A DNA stretch of 64,000 nt. Source: a virus. Its lineage: Duplodnaviria > Heunggongvirae > Uroviricota > Caudoviricetes. Shown here one piece after another: positions 9,443 through 17,723 of this stretch; the stretch's first letter is position 1; every line of letters begins with the position of its first letter. The translations under genes and the position numbers were made by a program. The notes beneath the pieces were generated by a model. That model was not told the origin of the DNA. It saw only the letters and a list, made by a program, of their open reading frames with translations, and did not search any database. The stretch lies in the IMG/VR virus record IMGVR_UViG_3300012347_000377, positions 128,001 to 192,000 of that record; one strand, given 5' to 3'.

Positions 9443-10666
9443 ATGATTAAATTAAGACAATTAATTAACGAAGAAACATTTACTGCTACAAATAAAGCAA
9501 GTGGTAAAACATCGGTATTTAAATCAAAAGATAGTAGAGATGCCGCTATTAAAGCAGGAACTCATAATCCTGTAAAAGATTCATCATCTGATAAAGGAAG
9601 TAAAACTTCAAAAGTAAATATTTTTAATAAACCATCAGAAACTCCAAAAACATCAACTTCTTCTCCTGCTAGTTTAGGTGTTGATAAAGTTGTTTATAAT
9701 ACAAGAACAAAGACAGTTGGTATTGTAAGAATGGCGGATGAAAGAGGTGAAACTAAAACTGATGCGGATGGTAATGTAAATACATCTGAATTAGAACCAT
9801 ATAACCCAACAAAGTATCCACATCAAAAGGATGCTAAAGTTGCTCCATCTACTCAAAAAGAAGTTGATGCAAGAGGGTTATGGAATCCATTTTCAACTGA
9901 TAATGATGAACCAAAATCAGAACCAACACAATCAGAACCTAAGAAACAAAGAAAAGGCAATCCATCAGTAAATAAAGATGCTAAGAAAAAAGCAGAACAA
10001 TATGGTATTACTCCTGAAAAATTAGGTAAAGAAGAATATATTACACAGATGTATCAAGCAGCAGTTTCTGCATTAACTGATTCAAATTATCATAGTGAAG
10101 CAAGAGAATTAGTTGCTAAATTGGAAGGAAGACCTGAATTTGCTAAAAGACCGGAATATCCATCAATTAAAGACCCTAAGTATAAAGAAAAAATGGCAGA
10201 TATTAGAAAAAATTCTGCTGATGGTTCAATTTATATGAATGGTAAAGGTGATGTTGATGATTTTGGAACTGATGTATCACAAGCATCCGGTTGGGATGGA
10301 GTTGATGCAATCGATGGTATCGCATTCACATTAAGAATGAACGGATTCCACAAACAGGCAGATATGATTCAATCTATATTTGATGATAAACCTTATATGA
10401 AAGGAATGACTAAAGAAGGTAGAATTTCATTATCTAAATTAGTTAATGAATCAGAAGCAGAAGAAATTGCTAACTTAACTGGTTTAAGAACTCAAGCTGT
10501 TAAAAAATTCATTGATGATAATAACATAGATGATAGAAAATTATTAGCATATCTTAAAATTAAAGGTCCAAAGACATTAAGTAATAGAATGGATATGTCA
10601 ACTGCAATTGTAGGTAAACCGGGAAACAAATATAGTCAAGGAATTATCAAAGCATTTAGTAAATAG
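9443..10666 (+). CDS. Putative internal head protein, modular
   Basis: Start re-called at MIKLRQLINEE (9443) behind AGGA; internal ISLSKLVNE. Confidence 0.6.
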   Translation: MIKLRQLINEETFTATNKASGKTSVFKSKDSRDAAIKAGTHNPVKDSSSDKGSKTSKVNIFNKPSETPKTSTSSPASLGVDKVVYNTRTKTVGIVRMADERGETKTDADGNVNTSELEPYNPTKYPHQKDAKVAPSTQKEVDARGLWNPFSTDNDEPKSEPTQSEPKKQRKGNPSVNKDAKKKAEQYGITPEKLGKEEYITQMYQAAVSALTDSNYHSEARELVAKLEGRPEFAKRPEYPSIKDPKYKEKMADIRKNSADGSIYMNGKGDVDDFGTDVSQASGWDGVDAIDGIAFTLRMNGFHKQADMIQSIFDDKPYMKGMTKEGRISLSKLVNESEAEEIANLTGLRTQAVKKFIDDNNIDDRKLLAYLKIKGPKTLSNRMDMSTAIVGKPGNKYSQGIIKAFSK

Positions 10667-10674
10667 GAGAATAG

Positions 10675-11139
10675 ATGATTAAATTATCACAAATATTAAA
10701 AGAAGGTGAAGAAAGACAACAAACTCAAATGTCACCTGAATTAAAGAAACATTTTTTAGAAATCGTATCTACATACAACAAGTATCAAGAACAGATGGAT
10801 AGAAAATCGGATTTAGCAACTATCGCCGAAACTTTAGGTGGAATTACCGAAGCAGCAAGAGCACTTGCTTTGAATGAAGGTGATGATTGGTTTGATAAAG
10901 TAACCATCAAACGTAATATGAATGAGTTAGAAAAATTGGGTAAAGAATTTGATAAATGTGCAATGGAAGCAAATTCATTAGACCAAAGAATGGGTGGATT
11001 ATATGAAGATATGGGACACATTCTTTCTCGTTATTACAAGTTAGGTGAAATATCCGAAGAACAAATGAAAAATAGATTAGGTATTACAAATGAATCAGTA
11101 AAAACATCCAAAGGGTGTGATATTTGTGATAAAAAATAA
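10675..11139 (+). CDS. Putative head core/internal protein
   Basis: MIKLSQILKE leader, AGGAG upstream. Confidence 0.55.
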   Translation: MIKLSQILKEGEERQQTQMSPELKKHFLEIVSTYNKYQEQMDRKSDLATIAETLGGITEAARALALNEGDDWFDKVTIKRNMNELEKLGKEFDKCAMEANSLDQRMGGLYEDMGHILSRYYKLGEISEEQMKNRLGITNESVKTSKGCDICDKK

Positions 11140-11146
11140 TTTATAT

Positions 11147-11155
11147 ATATTTATA
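11147..11155 (+). promoter_or_regulatory. Putative late promoter of bS21
   Basis: ATATTTATA. Confidence 0.7.
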
Positions 11156-11185
11156 CAAAAGTTACAAACAATTTAAATTAAATTA

Positions 11186-11449
11186 ATGAGCGGAATATCA
11201 AGATGCACAGTAGAAGTTCGTAATGGAGACATTACAAAGGCTTTGAAAATCTTTAAAAAGAAAGTTATGGAAAGTGGTCATCTCTTAGAATTAAGAGAAC
11301 GTAAAGAATACGTTAAACCAACTACTAAACGAAGATTGGTTAAACAAAAGGCAGTTAGAGAAGAACAAAAGAGAGTTATTCTTGAAAAAATAGCCGATGG
11401 TGACCGAAAATTACGTTTTTATACAAAAAAACGTAAGAAAAAAGAATAA
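11186..11449 (+). CDS. rpsU: Ribosomal protein bS21 (phage-encoded)
   Basis: VEVRNGDITKALKIFKKKV...LRERKEYVKPTTKRR matches the bS21 signature. Confidence 0.92.
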   Translation: MSGISRCTVEVRNGDITKALKIFKKKVMESGHLLELRERKEYVKPTTKRRLVKQKAVREEQKRVILEKIADGDRKLRFYTKKRKKKE

Positions 11450-11495
11450 AAAATGTAAAATTTATAGAAAAATATAGTTTTTTTATAAATTGTAT

Positions 11496-11504
11496 ATATT
11501 TATT
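11496..11504 (+). promoter_or_regulatory. Putative late promoter of scaffold/MCP
   Basis: ATATTTATT. Confidence 0.6.
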
Positions 11505-11654
11505 ATCAATTAACTCACTCTCAATGTGAGTTTTTATATTAAGTTGGTTAATGAATACCCTTCTATATAAGGTGTGACCGAACAACCGACCTAACTTTAA
11601 TCTATATTGGAATTCTCCTAATAATTTCACAGAACAACACAAGGAAGGTAAAAA

Positions 11655-12710
11655 ATGGCAAATTCAAAATTGTTAAAAGAAGCAATTGCTGATGCTAAGG
11701 CCGTTAGAGAAACTGCAATCGCTAATGCAAAAATCGCATTAGAAGAAGCATTCACTCCAAGATTACAATCTATCTTATCTAAAAAACTTCAATCAGAGAT
11801 GGAAGGTGAAGAAGAAGAAGCAGATGTAAACGAAGAGTATGGTGCTGAAGACACATCAGATGCTGATTCATCAGCAATCGGTGATGGCGAAAACAAACAA
11901 CCTGCAGATGACGCTAATGACTCATCAGACATTGCACAAGGAAATCCTGATACTGACGTTGAAACTGCTCAAACAGGCGAAGAAGATGAAAACATCGAAG
12001 TAGTTGCTGAAGCAGAAGAAGACGAAATACCAGGTGAAACTCAATCTCGTATCGAAGAAGAAGACGAAGACGAATTGGATTTAGAATCAATCATCAGAGA
12101 ATTGGAAGACGAATTAGGTGGTGAAGAACTATCTGAAGAAGAACCATCTGAAGAAGAACCAGTTTACGAAGAAGAAGCTGAAGAAGAAGAAGCATCTGAA
12201 GAACCAGCAGTTGAAGAAGCTGAAGGTGAAGATGAAGAAATCGATTTAGATGAAATTTTACGTGAAATGGGATACGGAGATGATGAAGAAGCAGTTGAAG
12301 AAGGTGAAGAAGAAGCAGATGCAGCTATGGCAGCTAAAGATGCTGAATTGGAAGAAGCTTACAACGTAATCAAATCTCTAAAATCAACAATCAACGAAGT
12401 TAATTTGTTAAATGCAAAATTATTGTACACAAACAAATTATTCCGTTCTTACGATTTAACTAATGAGCAAAAACATAAAGTTGTTGAAACTTTAGATAGA
12501 ACTCAAAACGTTAGAGAAGTAAAATTAGTGTTCTCTACTTTGGCAGAATCAATGAAAATTGGTGGAACTGCTAAAAAAGTAAAAGCACAAACAAAATTAA
12601 CTGAATCATTTGCTTCTAAGCAAGTTGCTTCAACTGCACCGAAAAAAGAAATCATCGCAGAAAGTAACGGATTAGCAGATAGATTCAAGCAATTAGCAAA
12701 TATCAAATAA
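11655..12710 (+). CDS. Prohead scaffold/core protein (gp22-like)
   Basis: Extremely acidic, coiled coil, directly upstream of the major capsid gene. Confidence 0.85.
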   Translation: MANSKLLKEAIADAKAVRETAIANAKIALEEAFTPRLQSILSKKLQSEMEGEEEEADVNEEYGAEDTSDADSSAIGDGENKQPADDANDSSDIAQGNPDTDVETAQTGEEDENIEVVAEAEEDEIPGETQSRIEEEDEDELDLESIIRELEDELGGEELSEEEPSEEEPVYEEEAEEEEASEEPAVEEAEGEDEEIDLDEILREMGYGDDEEAVEEGEEEADAAMAAKDAELEEAYNVIKSLKSTINEVNLLNAKLLYTNKLFRSYDLTNEQKHKVVETLDRTQNVREVKLVFSTLAESMKIGGTAKKVKAQTKLTESFASKQVASTAPKKEIIAESNGLADRFKQLANIK

Positions 12711-12737
12711 CAAAAACAAACATTAGGAGAAAATAAA

Positions 12738-14366
12738 ATGGCAAATTTCGATTTATCAAAACTAATGGAAGGAAAGAACCCACAACAAGTAATGTTGGCT
12801 GAAACACGTCAATTACAATCTAAGTGGGAAAAAACTGGACTTCTTGAAGGTTTAAAAAGCAGAGAGCAATCTCAAATTGCAGTTCTTTTAGAGAACCAAG
12901 CAAAACAATTATTAGATGAAGCAACAGCAACAGGTACTTCTGCAGGTTCAGAAGAGTGGTCTGGTGTAGCTTTACCATTGGTAAGAAGAATCTTTGGTGA
13001 AATCGCAGCGAAAGAATTCGTTTCGGTTCAACCTATGAACTTACCTTCAGGTCTAATCTTTTTCTTAGATTTCAAATATGGTACTGCACAACCGGGTAAT
13101 CCTGCATTCGCTGGAAAATCTTTATTCGGTGGTAATGGTACTTCTGCAGCTAATTCTGACTTCGGTAGAACTAAAGCAGCAGTAAACGGTCTTTATGGTG
13201 AAGGACGTTATGGATATTCAGTAAATGATTCATCAGTAGCAGTAGCTTCAGGTAACCAATCATTTGCAACAGCATCTTGGTCTGATGTAGGATTCGATTC
13301 AGCATTATCTGCTTCGGTTGCAGCATCTCAAATTGCTAAAATATCTGTATCAAAAGCAAACGTATCTGCAGTTTCTGACGTAGATGCAGTTCGTTCATTC
13401 TATGTATCATCTTCAGTATTCGCAGCAGCAGATTCATTCTACCCTGCATACTCAGCATTTGATGGTACAAACTACACATTCTTTGCTAAAGTAGCTAACA
13501 TTTCATCTGGTTCAGGTGCAACTACTTTAACAGTTAAATATTCTGAGCAACCTGCTGCTTACGACAGAGGTGATTTCGAAGATGGAAATCCAACAGAACC
13601 GGCTACTGATTTAGGTATTCCAGAAGTTGATTTAGAATTGAAATCAGAGGCTATCGTTGCTAAGACTCGTAAGTTAAAAGCAGTGTGGACTCCAGAGTTG
13701 GCACAAGACTTAAATGCTTACCACTCAATTGATGCTGAAGCAGAATTAACATCTATGTTGTCTGAATATATCTCATTAGAGATTGACTTAGAAATCTTAG
13801 ATATGTTAAAAGCTAACGCTTTAACAACTGAGTATTGGTCAGTAACTTTAGGTGAAGAGTACAACTCAGCAACAGGTGCATGGTTAGCAGGAACAAACTC
13901 TGCAGCATACACTAAAAACACATGGTTCCAGACTTTAGGTGCTAAAATCAATAAAGTATCTAACAAGATTCACCAATTAACATTACGTGGTGGTGCTAAC
14001 TTCATCGTAGCTTCTCCAGACGTATGTACGGTATTAGAATCTATTCCTGGATTCGTAGTAAACGCAGATAAAGATGCAATGTCATTCGCAGCTGGTGTAA
14101 CAGCAGTTGGTTCTATGGCAAATCGTTATACGGTTTACAAAAACCCTTATATGACATCTAACGAAATCTTATTAGGTTTCAAAGGTTCTAACTTCTTGGA
14201 GACTGGAGCAGTTTATGCACCATACGTTCCATTGATTATGACACCTTTAGTGTACGATCCAACTAACTTCACGCCAAGACGTGGTGTTATGACTCGTTAC
14301 GCTAAGAAGATGGTGCGTCCAGAATTTTACGGGAAAATTTATGTTAAAGATTTAGCTAATATCTAA
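12738..14366 (+). CDS. gp23: Major capsid protein (T4 gp23-like)
   Basis: VSVQPMNLPSGLIF, AKTRKLKAVWTPELAQDL, YAPYVPL, RGVMTRYA. Confidence 0.97.
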   Translation: MANFDLSKLMEGKNPQQVMLAETRQLQSKWEKTGLLEGLKSREQSQIAVLLENQAKQLLDEATATGTSAGSEEWSGVALPLVRRIFGEIAAKEFVSVQPMNLPSGLIFFLDFKYGTAQPGNPAFAGKSLFGGNGTSAANSDFGRTKAAVNGLYGEGRYGYSVNDSSVAVASGNQSFATASWSDVGFDSALSASVAASQIAKISVSKANVSAVSDVDAVRSFYVSSSVFAAADSFYPAYSAFDGTNYTFFAKVANISSGSGATTLTVKYSEQPAAYDRGDFEDGNPTEPATDLGIPEVDLELKSEAIVAKTRKLKAVWTPELAQDLNAYHSIDAEAELTSMLSEYISLEIDLEILDMLKANALTTEYWSVTLGEEYNSATGAWLAGTNSAAYTKNTWFQTLGAKINKVSNKIHQLTLRGGANFIVASPDVCTVLESIPGFVVNADKDAMSFAAGVTAVGSMANRYTVYKNPYMTSNEILLGFKGSNFLETGAVYAPYVPLIMTPLVYDPTNFTPRRGVMTRYAKKMVRPEFYGKIYVKDLANI

Positions 14367-14400
14367 TCTTAACAGAATTGACTTAACGATTCAATATTAG

Positions 14401-14430
14401 AAAAGGGGAAACGAAAGTTTCCCTTTTTTT
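14401..14430 (+). terminator. Rho-independent terminator after MCP
   Basis: GGGAAAC-GAAA-GTTTCCC plus T run. Confidence 0.9.
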
Positions 14431-14547
14431 ATGTCCTAGTATATATTATGGAAACCTTGTGGTTAAACATTCAGTGTCTTATATGACATTTGAGTTGGAG
14501 AAATACCAACAAATGAATTTTTAAATACAAACAAAAATAAGGAAATT

Positions 14548-15357
14548 ATGAAACAATCAGTTTGGACAAGTGGAAGTCCGTCAAATCCACAAGCGTTTAT
14601 CACTAAAGGTAAACAAAGAATCAAACAATTCGAAGGTCAGGTCTATCTTAACGATGGTGATGTATATCAAATCGAATTATTCAACCCAACTCCAAAACAC
14701 GTCTTAGCAAAAATCAAAATCGATAAGGATTACTTATCTGGCGGTGGCATTGTGTTAAGACCAGGTGAGAGAGTATTTTTAGAACGTTTCTTGGATTCAA
14801 ATAACAAATTTGTATTCAGAACCTATGAAGTAGGTAAAGAGGCAGTTAATGTAGGTGCTATTGATAATAATGGATATGTAGAAATACAATTCTTTGCTGA
14901 ATATACATCTTCTACATTACAACATACTGGTTTTACTACATGGGGTGGTAATACTATTTACAATACTAATTCAGTTCCTACTACATTTACTACTAATACA
15001 TTAGGAATTAGTGGAATTACAAATACTGCATATTATAGTAATACGGGAACTTTAACATCAGGTATTAGTTCAATCGTATCATCTACATCTAATACATTAG
15101 CAGGACCAAATATTCGAAGTGCAAATAAAGTTGAAACAGGTACAACTGAAAAGGGTGATACTTCTAATCAACAATTTACATCATCGGATAGAAGTTTTAA
15201 TTCATATTCATTTCACAATGTAGCATGGAGAATTCTACCAACATCACAAAAGAAATACCACAAAGAAGATTTAGGTGTATTATATTGTGGTGAGTGTGGT
15301 GCAAAAAGAAAAAAAGATACACATAAGTTCTGTCCACATTGCGGAACTAAATTTTAA
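14548..15357 (+). CDS. Hypothetical protein: beta-rich domain, S/T-rich linker, C-terminal zinc ribbon
   Basis: CGECG...CPHCG at the C-terminus; TAAGGA upstream. Confidence 0.7.
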   Translation: MKQSVWTSGSPSNPQAFITKGKQRIKQFEGQVYLNDGDVYQIELFNPTPKHVLAKIKIDKDYLSGGGIVLRPGERVFLERFLDSNNKFVFRTYEVGKEAVNVGAIDNNGYVEIQFFAEYTSSTLQHTGFTTWGGNTIYNTNSVPTTFTTNTLGISGITNTAYYSNTGTLTSGISSIVSSTSNTLAGPNIRSANKVETGTTEKGDTSNQQFTSSDRSFNSYSFHNVAWRILPTSQKKYHKEDLGVLYCGECGAKRKKDTHKFCPHCGTKF

Positions 15358-15382
15358 TTAACAAAATCACAAGGTATTCACT

Positions 15383-15410
15383 AAGGAGAGCAGAAATGTT
15401 CTCCTTTTTT
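15383..15410 (+). terminator. Rho-independent terminator
   Basis: AAGGAGAGCA-GAAA-TGTTCTCCTT plus T run. Confidence 0.85.
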
Positions 15411-15474
15411 ATGTCTTAACAATTTCATAATATTCAAAATTTTTCATTTAATTTATAATAAGTTATTTATATAG

Positions 15475-16170
15475 ATGAGAGATAAACTTACAATTGTAAT
15501 ACCTTGCAAAAACGAAAGTATTACTATCTATGATTGTATCAACACACTTAGTAATCAGTTTAATATCACATCTACCCAAATTATAATAGCAGATAATTCG
15601 GATGAAACTGAATCTTTACAATGGTTGGATAAATTACAAGATGATTTTGGTAAAAAACTGAAAATAAAAATAATAAAGGGTGGGTTTCCTGCAAAAGCAA
15701 GATTAGAAGGAAGTAAATTAGTAAAAACTCCATATTTGTTATTCTTAGATGCAGATGTTATGTTATATGATTACACTTTATTATACGAATGTCTGAATTA
15801 CGAAGAAGAATTAGTTTCAGTTCCATTTAAAACTGAAAAAAATTGGAATTGGGTGTATAATATGTTTGATTTTTTCCAATGGATGAGTATTAAATTAGGA
15901 ACTCCATTTGCAGTAGGTGGATTTCAACTATGGAAAACGGAATCATATTGGAAATGTGGTGGATATGATGAAACGGAGTTATTTGCAGAAGATTATTCAT
16001 TATCATCAAAAGTATCTAAATTAAAAATACATAAAACGAGTGGAGTATGGACATCTGCACGAAGATTTAAAAATAAAGGAGTAATATGGATGTTCAGAAT
16101 AATGATACTAAGCTATCTAAACCGAAACAATTCAGAATTTTTCAAACAACACCACAATTATTGGACATGA
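15475..16170 (+). CDS. Glycosyltransferase family 2
   Basis: IVIPCKNE, LLFLDAD (DxD), GGYDE...AEDY, TSARRF. Confidence 0.9.
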   Translation: MRDKLTIVIPCKNESITIYDCINTLSNQFNITSTQIIIADNSDETESLQWLDKLQDDFGKKLKIKIIKGGFPAKARLEGSKLVKTPYLLFLDADVMLYDYTLLYECLNYEEELVSVPFKTEKNWNWVYNMFDFFQWMSIKLGTPFAVGGFQLWKTESYWKCGGYDETELFAEDYSLSSKVSKLKIHKTSGVWTSARRFKNKGVIWMFRIMILSYLNRNNSEFFKQHHNYWT

Positions 16171-16886
16171 AATACGAAGCAATTATAGTATCTGATTTAC
16201 ACTTAGGGACAAAGGATTCTAAAACCGAAGAATTTTTAAATTTCGTAGAATCCCATCCAACTGATTTATTAATTCTTAATGGAGATATTGTAGATGGTTG
16301 GGCGTTGGAAAGAGGTGCAAAATGGAAAAAGAAATATACCAAAGTTATAAATAAATTATTAAAATTATCTAATAAAACTAAAATCATTTGGATTAGAGGA
16401 AACCACGATGAATTTATAGGTGAATTTATTGGAACTACATTTGGTAATGTTGAAATTAGAGAAGATTATGTTCTTCAATTAAAAAATGGTAAAAAATATT
16501 ATATTTTCCACGGAGATGTTATTGATGTATTCATTACCAAATATAAATGGTTGTCAAAAATTGGTTCGGTGGGGTATGATTTTGCACTTTGGTTAAATAG
16601 AGTATATAACACCTATCGTAAATGGAGAAAATTACCTTATATATCCATATCTCAAAAAATCAAAGGTAAAGTAAAGGCTGCAACTAACTATATTAATGAT
16701 TTTGAAACATCTGCATTATCAATGGCAACAAAGAAAGGATGTGATGGTGTGATTTGTGGACATATTCACCATCCAGAAGATATTATGATAAATGGTAAGA
16801 GATATTTAAATAGTGGGGATTGGGTTGAGAATATGAGTGCAATTGTTATAAAGGGTAGTAAGATAATACTTAAAAAGGAAATTTAA
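16167..16886 (+). CDS. Calcineurin-like metallophosphoesterase (LpxH-like)
   Basis: SDLHLG, GDIVD, GNHD, HGD, CGHIH; start re-called at ATGA overlap 16167. Confidence 0.88.
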   Translation: MKYEAIIVSDLHLGTKDSKTEEFLNFVESHPTDLLILNGDIVDGWALERGAKWKKKYTKVINKLLKLSNKTKIIWIRGNHDEFIGEFIGTTFGNVEIREDYVLQLKNGKKYYIFHGDVIDVFITKYKWLSKIGSVGYDFALWLNRVYNTYRKWRKLPYISISQKIKGKVKAATNYINDFETSALSMATKKGCDGVICGHIHHPEDIMINGKRYLNSGDWVENMSAIVIKGSKIILKKEI

Positions 16887-16898
16887 TTTCCTTTTTTT
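16872..16898 (+). terminator. Probable terminator
   Basis: AAAAAGGAAA-TTTAA-TTTCCTTTTT. Confidence 0.6.
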
Positions 16899-16908
16899 AT
16901 GCAAAATA

Positions 16909-16946
16909 TTTGGAAATGTGGAATTTTATTCGTATGTTAGCTTTGT
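16909..16946 (+). promoter_or_regulatory. Bacteroidota-type (-33/-7) early promoter
   Basis: TTTG-N20-TAtgTTAG; 26-mer identical to the 50258 region. Confidence 0.8.
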
Positions 16947-16976
16947 AATAAGAGTTAAACATAAAACAATAAAAAT

Positions 16977-17204
16977 ATGAATGGTATTGGTATTGAAATA
17001 TTAAAAGAAATCGAAGTTGAGTTTGGTGATTTTGAAATCAAACAGGTGTTTGGTGGTTCTTATGACATTTACTTACGATTTGGTTATTGGCGTAGAGTTG
17101 ATGTAAACAAATTACAACAAATTATCGGTAATTTAGCCAACGTAGTTGAAGATGATGATTATGATGATGACTGTGGTTGGTTATTTAGTTATAAATTAAA
17201 ATAA
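16977..17204 (+). CDS. Small early hypothetical protein
   Basis: 75 aa, own host-type promoter, A-rich leader. Confidence 0.65.
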   Translation: MNGIGIEILKEIEVEFGDFEIKQVFGGSYDIYLRFGYWRRVDVNKLQQIIGNLANVVEDDDYDDDCGWLFSYKLK

Positions 17205-17251
17205 CTTTTTTTGGAATTTTTCCATATTTATTATTAAATACAAAGTAAATA

Positions 17252-17623
17252 ATGGAACAATTAGCATCAATTTTTTTTCATAGTAGAACTCAAGCACACG
17301 TTTTTCATTTGGAAACTCGTGGACCTGGTTCATTAGCGATTCACTCAGCATTAAATACATACTACGATTCAATTGTAGGTATTATGGATGAATTAATCGA
17401 AGCATATCAAGGTAAATACGGAATTATAACTTTTAAACCAGTAAACGGAATTGATAATGATGCATCAAAAGAAAATATAATCGCATATTTCGATAAACTC
17501 ATAAAATTCTTAGAAGCCGAAAGAGAATCGGAAAAATTAAAAGATAGTTGGATTCAAAACGAATTAGATAATATTGCTAAACTATTATATTCTACAAAAT
17601 ATAAATTAATTAACTTAGGATAA
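17252..17623 (+). CDS. Ferritin/Dps-like four-helix protein
   Basis: QAHVFHL...HSALNTYYD...DELIEAYQGKYG pattern. Confidence 0.7.
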   Translation: MEQLASIFFHSRTQAHVFHLETRGPGSLAIHSALNTYYDSIVGIMDELIEAYQGKYGIITFKPVNGIDNDASKENIIAYFDKLIKFLEAERESEKLKDSWIQNELDNIAKLLYSTKYKLINLG

Positions 17624-17646
17624 TTAAATTTAATACTTATTGAGTT

Positions 17647-17675
17647 AAGGGAGCGATTTTTCGCTCCCTTTTTTT
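17647..17675 (+). terminator. Rho-independent terminator
   Basis: AAGGGAGCGA-TTTT-TCGCTCCCTT plus T run. Confidence 0.9.
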
Positions 17676-17682
17676 ATACGTT

Positions 17683-17691
17683 ATATTTATA
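17683..17691 (+). promoter_or_regulatory. Putative late promoter of neck operon
   Basis: ATATTTATA right after a terminator. Confidence 0.7.
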
Positions 17692-17723
17692 GGTGTATAA
17701 TTGTATAAAAGAGGAAAGTATTT

